Shown: positions 1 through 9,276 of the stretch, piece after piece
Layout: each line of letters starts with the position of its first letter
How positions within the stretch are numbered: position 1 is the stretch's first letter
Source of the DNA: Polaribacter sp.
GTDB lineage: Bacteria; Bacteroidota; Bacteroidia; Flavobacteriales; Flavobacteriaceae
Direction: 5' to 3'
Assembly: GCA_030731695.1 (NCBI GenBank)
Contig: JANQTK010000252.1
Span: 1-37,295, forward strand
Length of the DNA stretch: 37,295 nt
The notes under the pieces: generated by a model
The model's database searches: none
The model's input: only the letters and a program-made list of their open reading frames with translations
Told to the model about the DNA's origin: nothing
Position numbers and translations under genes: made by a program

Positions 1-34
1 TTTAACAAAGTTTTAACATTTTAAACCTTTACTT

Positions 35-778
35 ATGAAAAACCTAAAAAAATCACCTAGAAAACAATTAGAAAAATTTTCAACTATTTTCACACAATTA
101 GGACTTGTTATAGTCTTGTTTGTGGTGTATGTAACTTTAGAGTATCAAACTGAACAAAAATCGGTAGCGAGCAAACCTGAAAAAGAGTTTCAATATGTTG
201 TTTTGCAGCCAGAACAAGAAATTATGTATCAAATAGAAAAGAAAATAGTTCAAAAAACAGCACCAATTAAGCATCAAAAATTGATTCTTGATCATGAAAT
301 TAAAAAAGCGGATGATAAAACTATTGAAACAATTATTGAAACCACTAAAGAAATTACAACAAAACTAAATCCTGATGATATCATTGAAGTTAAAATACCA
401 GATAGTGATCCAATTATTGAAACAGTTCCGTTTATTGATATAGAGTTTGCTCCAATTTTTAAAGGTTGTGAAGGCTTATCAAAAGTGGAAAATAAAAAGT
501 GTTTTGATAAAAAAATGAACCAATTTGTTCAAAGAAATTTTGATTCGCAACTGGCAACTGATATTGGCTTGAGATCAGGAAAATATAAAATTCATACACA
601 ATTTGTAATCGATAATAAAGGCAATGTTGTTGATATTCAAATTAGAGCTCCACATACAAAGCTTTCTAAAGAAACTCAAGAAATGATTGAAAAACTTCCC
701 AAATTTACACCCGGAAAACAAAGGGATAGACCCGTAAAAGTAAGATATACTTTACCAATTTCTTTTCAAGTAGATTGA
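35..778 (+). CDS. Energy transducer TonB family protein
   Basis: N-terminal TM helix, charged linker, TonB C-terminal domain (FVIDNKGNV...PKFTPGKQRDRPVKVRYTLPISF). Confidence 0.88.
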   Translation: MKNLKKSPRKQLEKFSTIFTQLGLVIVLFVVYVTLEYQTEQKSVASKPEKEFQYVVLQPEQEIMYQIEKKIVQKTAPIKHQKLILDHEIKKADDKTIETIIETTKEITTKLNPDDIIEVKIPDSDPIIETVPFIDIEFAPIFKGCEGLSKVENKKCFDKKMNQFVQRNFDSQLATDIGLRSGKYKIHTQFVIDNKGNVVDIQIRAPHTKLSKETQEMIEKLPKFTPGKQRDRPVKVRYTLPISFQVD

Positions 779-783
779 AAAAT

Positions 784-810
784 AAACCCAACTTTTAAGT
801 TGGGTTTTTT
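784..810 (+). terminator. Intrinsic terminator after tonB-like gene
   Basis: Inverted repeat AAACCCAACTT/AAGTTGGGTTT followed by a T-run, just after the stop codon. Confidence 0.8.
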
Positions 811-819
811 AAAATTCCG

Positions 820-827
820 TACTTTTG
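820..827 (+). promoter_or_regulatory. Bacteroidota -7 promoter element for deoC
   Basis: TACTTTTG matches TAnnTTTG, 5 nt before the ATG at 833. Confidence 0.6.
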
Positions 828-832
828 ATATT

Positions 833-1579
833 ATGAACATCAATCAATATTTAGACGCAACTTATTTAAAAACAGCAATTCAAGCTGGAATTTCAGAAGA
901 AGAAAATCAGCAAAATGTTGCGAACCTTTTAGAAGAAACATTACTGTATGAGTATAAATTAGTAATGATTCGTGCTAAATACATCACATTTGCGAAGCAG
1001 TTTTTAAAAGAAAACAATTCTGAAACCCTAGTTGGGACCGTTATTGGTTTTCACGAAGGAAATTACTCTTTACAAACAAAATTAGATGAAGCAAAAAAAG
1101 CCATTGAATTAGGTGCTGATGAATTGGATTTCGTAATCAATTATGAGGAATTCAAAAAAGGAAACATCAACTTAATAAAAGAGGAAGTTTTACAAGGCAC
1201 AAAATTATGCTTAGAAAACAATAAAATTGTAAAATGGATTATTGAAGTTGCAGCTTTAACAGCTAATGAAATTTGTGATATTTCAAAATTAATCAAAGAA
1301 ATTGTTTTAGAAAATTTTGGAATAGAAGCTGCAAAAAAAGTCTTCGTAAAATCATCTACAGGATTTTATAACACCGAACATAATTTACCAAATGGTGCTA
1401 CTTTTGAAACCATGAAACTGATTGTTGAAAATGCAAAACCTTTGCAAATAAAAGCTGCAGGTGGTGTTCGTGATTATGAAACTGCCCTAAAAATGATTAC
1501 TTTAAGAGTTGACAGAATTGGCACTTCATCATCTAAAGAAATTTGCACACACACAACTTCTCAAAGTTCAAACTATTAA
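833..1579 (+). CDS. deoC: Deoxyribose-phosphate aldolase
   Basis: Motifs [46 protein letters not shown]. Start moved to ATG 833 because the track's TTG at 800 lies in the terminator. Confidence 0.93.
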   Translation: MNINQYLDATYLKTAIQAGISEEENQQNVANLLEETLLYEYKLVMIRAKYITFAKQFLKENNSETLVGTVIGFHEGNYSLQTKLDEAKKAIELGADELDFVINYEEFKKGNINLIKEEVLQGTKLCLENNKIVKWIIEVAALTANEICDISKLIKEIVLENFGIEAAKKVFVKSSTGFYNTEHNLPNGATFETMKLIVENAKPLQIKAAGGVRDYETALKMITLRVDRIGTSSSKEICTHTTSQSSNY

Positions 1580-1580
1580 T

Positions 1581-2150
1581 ATGGAGTATTTTGCACACGA
1601 AACAGCTGTTATTGATGCAGATTGTAGTATTGGAAAAGGCACTAAAATTTGGCATTTTAGTCATATTATGTCTAATTGTATCATTGGCGAAAATTGTAAT
1701 TTAGGTCAAAATGTGGTGATTTCTCCTGAAGTTGTTTTGGGCAACAACGTAAAAGTGCAAAACAACGTTTCAATTTATACTGGTGTTTTTTGTGAAGATG
1801 ATGTTTTTTTAGGTCCTTCAATGGTTTTTACAAATGTGATCAATCCAAGAAGTGCCGTTAATCGTAAAAATGAATATCAAAAAACAACCGTAAAAAAAGG
1901 AGCTACTATTGGCGCAAATGCAACTATTGTTTGTGGAAATGTAATTGGCGAATTTGCTTTTATTGGTGCAGGAGCAGTTGTTACGAAAGAAGTGTTGCCT
2001 TACGCTTTGGTTGTTGGAAATCCGTCAAAACAAATTGGTTGGGTAAGTGAATTTGGGCATAAACTAGAATTTGATACAGATGGTTTTGCTACTTGCAGAG
2101 AAAGTAATGAAAAGTATCAATTGAAAAACAACCAAGTTTTTAAACTATAA
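1581..2150 (+). CDS. Hexapeptide-repeat N-acetyltransferase, WbpD/WlbB-like
   Basis: HETAVID...IWHFSHI...[10 protein letters not shown]...[17 protein letters not shown], left-handed beta-helix repeats. ATG at 1581, just after the deoC stop. Confidence 0.88.
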   Translation: MEYFAHETAVIDADCSIGKGTKIWHFSHIMSNCIIGENCNLGQNVVISPEVVLGNNVKVQNNVSIYTGVFCEDDVFLGPSMVFTNVINPRSAVNRKNEYQKTTVKKGATIGANATIVCGNVIGEFAFIGAGAVVTKEVLPYALVVGNPSKQIGWVSEFGHKLEFDTDGFATCRESNEKYQLKNNQVFKL

Positions 2151-2179
2151 AAAAAGCCGAAATTTTTCTCGGCTTTTTT
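2150..2179. terminator. Bidirectional terminator between convergent genes
   Basis: AAAAAAGCCGA-N8-TCGGCTTTTTT. Confidence 0.85.
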
Positions 2180-2189
2180 ACACATGTTT

Positions 2190-3230
2190 TTAAGGTGCTG
2201 GATTAGGAATTAATGTATGAACAGCATTAATTTCTTCCAAAATTTCATCTGATAAATCAATATTTATAGAGTTGATATTCTCTTTTAATTGATCCATTTT
2301 TGTTGCGCCAATAATGTTACTTGTTACAAATGGTAACTGATTGATAAAAGCCAAAGACAATTCAGAAAGTGTCAATCCATGTTTTTTAGCGATGTTTAAA
2401 TACAAAGTCACTGCTTTTTCAGAGCCTTCATTTCTGTAACGTGCAATAAACCTTGGAAACAACGTTCCTCTTGCGCCTTCAGGTAAATTTCCGTCTAAAT
2501 ATTTACCAGATAAAACACCTTGTGCTAAAGGCGAATAGGCTAATAAACCCACATTTTCTCTCATAGAAACTTCACTCAAACCAACTTCAAATCCTCTGTG
2601 AATTAATGAATACGAATTTTGAATTGTAACAGGTCTTGGTAAATTGTGTTGCTCAGCAGTTTGCACATATTTCATAGTTCCCCAAGGAGTTTCGTTTGAT
2701 AAGCCAAACTGTCTGATTTTTCCTTGTTTGATAAAATCATGCAAAGTTTCCATAATTTCTAAATGGTTTTCAGCTTCTTGAGAGGCTGTTTTTGTAGGAA
2801 AATCTCTAATCCCAAAAACATTTACACCACGATTTGGCCAATGCAACTGATACAAATCAATATAATCTGTTTGCAAACGTTGTAAACTTTTTTCAATGGC
2901 ATCAATAATATTATTTTTTGACAATCCACCTTTTCTTATGTGAGCAGTGTAATCTCCACCACCAGCAATTTTACTCGCCAAAACAACTTTGTCTCTATTC
3001 CCAGTTTTTTGAAACCAAGAACCAATAATTTTTTCTGTATGACCATAGGTTTGCGCATTTGCAGGAACAGGATACAATTCAGCTGCATCAAAAAAATTAA
3101 CGCCTTTTTCGAGTGCATAATCCATTTGTTCATGACCTTCAGCTTCTGTATTTTGGTTTCCCCAAGTCATGGTTCCTAAGCATATTTTTGAAACTTTGAT
3201 ATCGGTATTTGGTAAAGTGGTGTATTTCAT
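2190..3230 (-). CDS. NADP(H)-dependent aldo/keto reductase, Tas-like
   Basis: ICLGTMTWG, D..E.Y catalytic motif, DYIDLYQLHWP, GLSNETPWG, AYSPLA.G.LSGKY. Confidence 0.93.
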   Translation of the reverse strand: MKYTTLPNTDIKVSKICLGTMTWGNQNTEAEGHEQMDYALEKGVNFFDAAELYPVPANAQTYGHTEKIIGSWFQKTGNRDKVVLASKIAGGGDYTAHIRKGGLSKNNIIDAIEKSLQRLQTDYIDLYQLHWPNRGVNVFGIRDFPTKTASQEAENHLEIMETLHDFIKQGKIRQFGLSNETPWGTMKYVQTAEQHNLPRPVTIQNSYSLIHRGFEVGLSEVSMRENVGLLAYSPLAQGVLSGKYLDGNLPEGARGTLFPRFIARYRNEGSEKAVTLYLNIAKKHGLTLSELSLAFINQLPFVTSNIIGATKMDQLKENINSINIDLSDEILEEINAVHTLIPNPAP

Positions 3231-3253
3231 TTTGTGTTATTTTTTAAAAGATG

Positions 3254-3261
3254 CAAAAATA
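3254..3261 (-). promoter_or_regulatory. -7 promoter element for aldo/keto reductase
   Basis: Minus-strand TATTTTTG 23 nt upstream of the start codon. Confidence 0.55.
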
Positions 3262-3290
3262 AGGCTTATTTTATAGGAATTAAAGGCACA

Positions 3291-3321
3291 AAAAAAAGTT
3301 CCCATGAATGAGAACTTTTTT
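3291..3321 (-). terminator. Intrinsic terminator after pgk
   Basis: Minus strand GTTCTCAT-TC-ATGGGAAC (one G-U pair) followed by a long T-run. Confidence 0.75.
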
Positions 3322-3341
3322 AACAGTTATTTTAAGAAAAA

Positions 3342-4529
3342 TTAATTCAGAATTGCATCAATTCCTGGTAATGATTTTCCTTCTAGCATTTCTAACATGG
3401 CACCACCACCTGTTGAAACGTAGCTTACCTTGTCTTCAAATCCGAATTGTTTTACAGCAGCAACAGAATCTCCACCACCAACTAATGAAAATGCTCCGTT
3501 TTTAGTTGCTTTATCAATTGAATGTCCTAAAGCGATTGTTCCTCCAGCAAATTTTTCCATTTCAAAAACACCTAAAGGACCATTCCATAAAATGGTTTTG
3601 CACTGGTTTACAACTTCGTCAAAAATTGCAATCGATTTTGGACCAGCGTCTACACCTTCCCAACCATCAGGAATATTATTGATATCACAAATTTGAGTAT
3701 TTGCATCATTACTGAATTTGTCAGCAGCAACAACATCTACAGGAATGTGCACAGTAACGCCTTTTTCTTTGGCTTGTTTTAAAATATCTAACGCCAACTC
3801 CATTTTATCATCTTCGCAAATAGAGTTTCCAATTTTTCCGCCATTTGCTTTGATGAATGTAAAACTCATTCCACCACCTAAAATAAGATGATCAACTTTG
3901 TCTAAAATATTTTCGATTACTGTAATTTTTGATGATACTTTTGCGCCACCTAAAATTGCTAAAACAGGTTTTACTGAATTGTTTAAAACTTTATCAATGC
4001 TTTCAATTTCTCTTGCAAGTAGCTCTCCAAAACATTTTTTTCCTTCAAAAAATTGAGCAATAATTGTAGTAGAAGCATGTGCTCTATGTGCTGTACCAAA
4101 GGCATCATTTACATAAATGTCTCCTAATTTCGATAATTTTTCAGCAAAAACAACATCTCCTTTTTCTTCTTCAGCGTAAAAACGTAGGTTTTCTAATAAT
4201 ATAATTTCGCCATTTTCTAAATCAGCAACTGCTTTTTCAGCTTTTTCACCAATACAATCGTCCACAAATTTCACAGGACAACCCATAATATCTGAAATGT
4301 TTTTTACGATATGACGCAAAGAAAATTCATCTTGAAACCCTTTTGGTCTTCCTAAATGGGACATCAAAACACAACTTCCTCCATCGTTTAAAATTTTGAT
4401 GATGGTTGATTTTGCTGCTTCGATTCTTGTTGCATCAGTTACTTCGAATTTGTCGTTCAATGGAACGTTAAAATCGACACGAATAATTGCTTTTTTATCT
4501 TTAAAATTAAAATCTTTAAGTGTTTTCAT
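3342..4529 (-). CDS. pgk: Phosphoglycerate kinase
   Basis: [55 protein letters not shown]. Confidence 0.99.
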   Translation of the reverse strand: MKTLKDFNFKDKKAIIRVDFNVPLNDKFEVTDATRIEAAKSTIIKILNDGGSCVLMSHLGRPKGFQDEFSLRHIVKNISDIMGCPVKFVDDCIGEKAEKAVADLENGEIILLENLRFYAEEEKGDVVFAEKLSKLGDIYVNDAFGTAHRAHASTTIIAQFFEGKKCFGELLAREIESIDKVLNNSVKPVLAILGGAKVSSKITVIENILDKVDHLILGGGMSFTFIKANGGKIGNSICEDDKMELALDILKQAKEKGVTVHIPVDVVAADKFSNDANTQICDINNIPDGWEGVDAGPKSIAIFDEVVNQCKTILWNGPLGVFEMEKFAGGTIALGHSIDKATKNGAFSLVGGGDSVAAVKQFGFEDKVSYVSTGGGAMLEMLEGKSLPGIDAILN

Positions 4530-4546
4530 TTTAATAATGTTTTTAA

Positions 4547-4554
4547 CAAAAATA
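4547..4554 (-). promoter_or_regulatory. -7 promoter element for pgk
   Basis: Minus-strand TATTTTTG 17 nt upstream of the start codon. Confidence 0.5.
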
Positions 4555-4627
4555 CTCTATTATTTACGTTTGATAAAATGTTAATCATAAAAGTTAAGTT
4601 ATCGTTTGCGCTAGAAATATTAATCTA

Positions 4628-5407
4628 TTATTCATGCATTGTGACATTTAATTTATTTAGTTTGAACCTCTTTAAAATACTGCTAATGATTAGAATAATT
4701 GCTGCAATAAAGGCGGTGTAAGCAATCGTTTTGTTATCTAAATTATTTGCAACTCCAATTGCAATTAATGCCCATACACCTACAAAAGCAAATGCATTCA
4801 TATTTCTTTGCCAAGTAACAATTAAGTTCACTATTGTAGCGATTACTATCATCAAAATCGTCCATATTTCTGAAGATATTCCAAAACCTTTCCAATCAAT
4901 TTTCACCAAATAAGTAGAAACATTAGCAATGCTAGCAACAGTTACCCAACCACTATAAATTACAAATGGAAGGATATAAAAGATATATTCCGATTTTTTT
5001 ACCTCCTTTAGTTGCATGTTATTATTAATCACAATTTTTAATAAAGAGAACAATAATAAAAAGATAAAAAAGCAAGAAATGCCTGTGTATTCATAAATCC
5101 AACAGAAAACCCAAGCAGAATTTGCAATACAAGAAATGATAAACCAAAAACTAGTTTTTTCAATAAAATCGTCACTCTTAACCTTTAAAAACAAACTTCT
5201 ACCTTGGTAAATGGTAAAGCCTAACAAAAGCAAATAAATAAGTCCCCAAATTGAAAACGCATATCCTGCAGGTGTAAAAAGTGAGTTTAATCCGTCTGAA
5301 ATTTCGCCAATAGTTGTGTTATTTAAAAGACGTGTGTTTGATAAGTAATTAATAAAAACGACAGAAACAAAAGCGATTCCATTTCCTATTTGCAATATTT
5401 TTTTCAT
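4628..5407 (-). CDS. Tryptophan-rich sensory (TspO-like) membrane protein
   Basis: Multiple TM helices. FTPAGYAFSIWGLIY and YSGWVTVASIAN motifs. Confidence 0.72.
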   Translation of the reverse strand: MKKILQIGNGIAFVSVVFINYLSNTRLLNNTTIGEISDGLNSLFTPAGYAFSIWGLIYLLLLGFTIYQGRSLFLKVKSDDFIEKTSFWFIISCIANSAWVFCWIYEYTGISCFFIFLLLFSLLKIVINNNMQLKEVKKSEYIFYILPFVIYSGWVTVASIANVSTYLVKIDWKGFGISSEIWTILMIVIATIVNLIVTWQRNMNAFAFVGVWALIAIGVANNLDNKTIAYTAFIAAIILIISSILKRFKLNKLNVTMHE

Positions 5408-5470
5408 AATTTATTTCAAAAAATCGAGTGAAAAGTTACAAAATTTTAGAATAACAACTTTCTAAAACTT

Positions 5471-5478
5471 TATATTTG
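5471..5478 (+). promoter_or_regulatory. -7 promoter element for holB
   Basis: TATATTTG 3 nt before the ATG at 5482. Confidence 0.6.
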
Positions 5479-5481
5479 TGC

Positions 5482-6624
5482 ATGCTTTTCAACCAAATAA
5501 TAGGTCAAGAACATATTAAAAATCATTTACAGAAATCTGCTGAAAATGGTAGAGTACCTCATGCGCAACTTTTTATTGGAAAAGAAGGTTCAGGAACATT
5601 GCCAATGGCGGTTGCTTATGCACAGTTTTTATTGTCTCATTTTTCTGAGAATCCTGCTGTAAGTGCTTTGAAATGTGAAAAACTACAGCATCCAGATTTG
5701 CATTTTTCATTTCCTGTAACTACGAATGAGGTTGTAAAAAGCCATCCTACAAGCAATGCTTTTTTAGAAGACTGGCGTCAATTTATGGCAACACAACCGT
5801 ATGGAAGTTTGTTTAATTGGTTGCAACATATTGGAGTTGAAAATAAGCAAGGTTTGATAAATGTTGAGGAATCTGAAGAAATTGTAAAAAAATTACAACT
5901 CAAATCATACGAAGGTGGATTTAAAGTGATGATTATTTGGATGGCTGAAAAAATGCATACTTCAGCTGCAAATAAATTGCTAAAATTGATAGAAGAACCT
6001 CCTCAAAAAACAATTTTTTTATTGATTGTTGAAGACGAAGAACAGCTTTTAAGCACGATAAAATCACGTTGTCAAGCGTTGCATTTTCCTGTTTTAAGCG
6101 AACAAGATATTGCTAATTCATTAGTTGTAAATTATCAACTTACTGATAATGAAGCATCAAATATTGCACATCAAGCGGAAGGAAATTATAACAAAGCATT
6201 GCAATTATTGCAAAATGATTCCAGCGATTTGGTTTTTGAAGAATGGTTTGTGGCTTGGGTTCGAACTGCTTTTCGTGCCAAAGGAAATGTAACAGTGGTG
6301 CAACAATTAATTGCTTGGTCAGACACGATTTCAAAAACAGGTCGTGAAACTCAAAAACGTTTTTTAGAATATTGTTTGCAATTTTTCAGACAAGCGTTGT
6401 TGTTCAATTACAAATCAGAACAATTGGTTTTTATGGAGACAAAGACAGATTTTAACTTGTCGAAATTTGCGCCTTTTGTGCATTCAAATAACATTTTAGA
6501 CATCGAAAAAGAAATTTCAGATGCCATGTATCACATTGAAAGAAATGGGAATGCAAAAATTATTTTGTTAGATTTATCTATAAAACTAACGCGTTTTTTA
6601 CACAAAAAAGAACCTACAGTTTAG
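5482..6624 (+). CDS. holB: DNA polymerase III subunit delta'
   Basis: FNQIIGQ, HAQLF.G..GSG, HPDLH, AANKLLKLIEEPP, TIKSRCQ clamp-loader motifs. Confidence 0.93.
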   Translation: MLFNQIIGQEHIKNHLQKSAENGRVPHAQLFIGKEGSGTLPMAVAYAQFLLSHFSENPAVSALKCEKLQHPDLHFSFPVTTNEVVKSHPTSNAFLEDWRQFMATQPYGSLFNWLQHIGVENKQGLINVEESEEIVKKLQLKSYEGGFKVMIIWMAEKMHTSAANKLLKLIEEPPQKTIFLLIVEDEEQLLSTIKSRCQALHFPVLSEQDIANSLVVNYQLTDNEASNIAHQAEGNYNKALQLLQNDSSDLVFEEWFVAWVRTAFRAKGNVTVVQQLIAWSDTISKTGRETQKRFLEYCLQFFRQALLFNYKSEQLVFMETKTDFNLSKFAPFVHSNNILDIEKEISDAMYHIERNGNAKIILLDLSIKLTRFLHKKEPTV

Positions 6625-7211
6625 TTTTTGAAAGCCGTTAATCTCGCAACATATTTTCCAATAACATCAAATTCTAAATTCACAACATTGTTCAATTGCA
6701 AAGTTTTAAAAGTGGTGTGTTCTTTTGTATAAGGAATAATTGCTACGCTAAACTCATTTTCTTTTGAGTTTATTACTGTTAAACTCACACCATTTACAGT
6801 AATTGAACCTTTTTCTATAGTAAGGTTATTTTTGTTTCGTTCATATTGAAAAGTAAACCACGTGCTTCCATCTTCATCAGTAATTTTTGTGCAAATTCCT
6901 GTTCCATCAACATGTCCTTGAACAATGTGTCCATCCAATCTATCACCCAATTTCATGGCACGTTCCAAATTTACAATATCATTGATTTTTAGATAACCAA
7001 TGTTTGTTTTATCAAGTGTTTCTTTGATGGCAGTTACAGTGTATTCATCATTTTTAATATCAATAACCGTTAAACAAACTCCATTATGAGCAACACTTTG
7101 ATCTACTTTTAGTTCGTTTGTAATACTGCTTTTGATCGTCAAATGCAAATTTCCTTGCTCTTTTACACAGTTAGTAACAACTCCAATCGTTTCTATAATT
7201 CCTGTAAACAT
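6621..7211 (-). CDS. ribE: Riboflavin synthase (alpha chain)
   Basis: MFTGIIE N-terminus, SVAHNGVCLTV, VNLERA, GHIVQGHVDG, KGSITVNGVSLTV. Confidence 0.97.
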   Translation of the reverse strand: MFTGIIETIGVVTNCVKEQGNLHLTIKSSITNELKVDQSVAHNGVCLTVIDIKNDEYTVTAIKETLDKTNIGYLKINDIVNLERAMKLGDRLDGHIVQGHVDGTGICTKITDEDGSTWFTFQYERNKNNLTIEKGSITVNGVSLTVINSKENEFSVAIIPYTKEHTTFKTLQLNNVVNLEFDVIGKYVARLTAFKN

Positions 7212-7227
7212 ATCCGTAAATTTTGGT

Positions 7228-7249
7228 TACTTTTGTAGTTGCAAAAATA
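7228..7249. promoter_or_regulatory. Opposed -7 elements for pdxA (+) and riboflavin synthase (-)
   Basis: TACTTTTG on + at 7228-7235 and TATTTTTG on - at 7242-7249 in a 58-nt divergent spacer. Confidence 0.6.
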
Positions 7250-7269
7250 GCAATATTACAAGAGTTACT

Positions 7270-8295
7270 ATGGATAAATCTGATAAAATAATTGTAGGAA
7301 TTTCAATAGGAGATTTAAACGGAATTGGCATTGAAGTGATTTTAAAAACATTTGATGATAAACGAATGTTAGACTTTTGTACTCCAGTAATTTTTGGTGC
7401 AACCAAAGTAATTTCGTATCACAAAAAAGCGTTGAACAATGAAATCCAAGTTCATGGAATTACGGATATTACCCAAGCAAATCCTACAAAAATCAATGTG
7501 CTGAATATTTGGAAAGAAGAGGTGGAAATTGAATTGGGAAAACCAACAAAAGTTTCGGGTGAATATGCTTTGAAATCATTAGAAAGTGCCGTAAATCACT
7601 TAAAAGAAAATAAGATTGATGTGTTAATCACAGCGCCAATTAACAAAGAAAATATTCAGTCAGATGCGTTTCATTTTCCTGGTCACACAGAGTTTTTAGA
7701 AGAAAAATTAGACGGAAAAAGTTTGATGATTTTAATGACTGATGCATTAAGAATAGGTTTAATTACTGGTCATATTCCCATTTCAAAAGTGGCAGAAACC
7801 ATTACACCTGAATTGATTACATCAAAAGTAGAAACAATGTATGCGTCTTTAATTCAAGATTTTGGTATCAGCAAACCAAAAATTGCAGTGTTGGCTTTGA
7901 ATCCACATTGTGGAGATAAAGGAGTAATTGGCAAAGAAGATGACGAAATTATTAGACCTACAATTGCCACAATTCAGGAAACAGGAAAGCTGGTTTTTGG
8001 CCCTTATGCAGCAGATGGTTTCTTCGGAAATGAAACTTATAAACAATTTGATGGTGTTTTAGCAACCTATCACGATCAAGGTTTAGCGCCATTTAAAGCG
8101 CTTTCTTTTGGAAAAGGAGTGAACTTTACAGCAGGATTAAGTCATATAAGGACTTCTCCTGATCATGGCACAGGCTATGAAATTGCTGGAAAAAATCTAG
8201 CAAAATCATCTTCATTTGAGGAGGCATTGTTCACTGCAATAGAGTTATTTAGAAATCGAGAAGAGCATAAAGAATTGACAAAAAATCAATTGTAA
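7270..8295 (+). CDS. pdxA: 4-hydroxythreonine-4-phosphate dehydrogenase
   Basis: GDLNGIGIE, TAPINKE, FPGHTE, LNPHCG, YHDQGL, RTSPDHGT. Start at ATG 7270. Confidence 0.96.
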   Translation: MDKSDKIIVGISIGDLNGIGIEVILKTFDDKRMLDFCTPVIFGATKVISYHKKALNNEIQVHGITDITQANPTKINVLNIWKEEVEIELGKPTKVSGEYALKSLESAVNHLKENKIDVLITAPINKENIQSDAFHFPGHTEFLEEKLDGKSLMILMTDALRIGLITGHIPISKVAETITPELITSKVETMYASLIQDFGISKPKIAVLALNPHCGDKGVIGKEDDEIIRPTIATIQETGKLVFGPYAADGFFGNETYKQFDGVLATYHDQGLAPFKALSFGKGVNFTAGLSHIRTSPDHGTGYEIAGKNLAKSSSFEEALFTAIELFRNREEHKELTKNQL

Positions 8296-8358
8296 ATTAA
8301 ATAATCAACAAATGATTTCTTTTTTTTAGATAAAACCTTGTAGAATTACATTTTTTTG

Positions 8359-8366
8359 TATCTTTG
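8359..8366 (+). promoter_or_regulatory. -7 promoter element for yceD-rpmF
   Basis: TATCTTTG followed by C, 22 nt upstream of ATG 8389. Confidence 0.65.
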
Positions 8367-8388
8367 CACGCTCAATTGATGATTGATA

Positions 8389-8925
8389 ATGAAAGACTTG
8401 AAACAATTCAACATTCCGTTTGTAGGATTAAGCGAAGGAAATCATGTTTTCAACTACACAATTGACAACGAGTTCTTTGAATATTTTAATTTTGATGAGT
8501 TCCAAAGTGCGAATTTAGAAGTGACGATAAACTTCTTAAAAAAAACAACACTTTTTGAATTGGTTTTCAAAGTAAAAGGCACTGTTGAAGTTCCTTGCGA
8601 TGTAACCACAGAAATGTATCATCAAAAAATTAAAGCAACATTGCCATTAGTAGTAAAATTTGGTCCTGAGTTTAACAACGATAGTGAAGAAATTTTAATA
8701 TTATCTTATGATGCATATCAATTAAATGTAGCACAATACATTTATGAAATGATTGTATTGGCGGTTCCAAATAAAAAAGTACATCCAAAAGTTTTGGACG
8801 GAACAATGGAATCAGAAACGTTGAAAAAATTAAAAGAACTAGAAATAAAAGAAGAAAACACTGCTGAAGAGGCAGACCCAAGGTGGGATAAATTAAAGAA
8901 TTTACTAACAGAAAAAAAGAGATAA
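8389..8925 (+). CDS. yceD: YceD/DUF177 family protein
   Basis: VPCD, C-terminal DPRWDKLK motif, immediately upstream of rpmF. Confidence 0.9.
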   Translation: MKDLKQFNIPFVGLSEGNHVFNYTIDNEFFEYFNFDEFQSANLEVTINFLKKTTLFELVFKVKGTVEVPCDVTTEMYHQKIKATLPLVVKFGPEFNNDSEEILILSYDAYQLNVAQYIYEMIVLAVPNKKVHPKVLDGTMESETLKKLKELEIKEENTAEEADPRWDKLKNLLTEKKR

Positions 8926-8926
8926 A

Positions 8927-9121
8927 ATGGCACATCCTAAGAGAAAGATTTCTAAAACCAGAAGAGATAAAAGGAGAACACATTATAAAGCAGCAAATCA
9001 ACAAATTGCTACAGATCCAACAACTGGTGAAGCTCATTTGTACCACAGAGCGCATTGGCATGAAGGAAAATTATACTACAGAGGTCAAGTTGTTTTAGAA
9101 TCTGCAGCTGCAGAGGCATAA
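8927..9121 (+). CDS. rpmF: 50S ribosomal protein L32
   Basis: [19 protein letters not shown]. Cys-less variant. Confidence 0.97.
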   Translation: MAHPKRKISKTRRDKRRTHYKAANQQIATDPTTGEAHLYHRAHWHEGKLYYRGQVVLESAAAEA

Positions 9122-9143
9122 AAAACGCTAAAAAATATATCAT

Positions 9144-9170
9144 AAAACCCTCATTTTTGAGGGTTTTTTT
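9144..9170 (+). terminator. Intrinsic terminator after rpmF
   Basis: AAAACCCTCA-TTTT-TGAGGGTTTT followed by a T-run. Confidence 0.8.
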
Positions 9171-9235
9171 GCGTTTTTTACCTAAAATCAACTCAAAATT
9201 GGTTCATTTTAACCCAAAAGTGTGATATTTTTCAT

Positions 9236-9243
9236 TACTTTTG
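9236..9243 (+). promoter_or_regulatory. -7 promoter element for fabH-accB-accC
   Basis: TACTTTTG 33 nt upstream of the fabH start, downstream of the rpmF terminator. Confidence 0.6.
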
Positions 9244-9276
9244 ACTTTCTAATCATTAGTTTAATAACAAATAACT

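Noticed and set aside
1-27. TTTAACA direct repeats at 11-bp spacing upstream of the tonB-like gene
   Set aside because: Truncated by the window edge and low complexity in an AT-rich genome.
7132-7269. N-terminal extensions in the ORF track (pdxA, also deoC, wbpD-like, Lrp)
   Set aside because: They overlap neighbouring genes, promoters or terminators. Downstream ATGs match the family N-termini.
8672-9061. Antisense and alternate-frame ORFs (e.g. 8672-9061, 9261-9593, 11828-12352, 30752-31051)
   Set aside because: Shadows of well-supported genes, with no recognisable motifs.
9122-9276. No plsX between rpmF and fabH
   Set aside because: This gene order is usual for Flavobacteriaceae.
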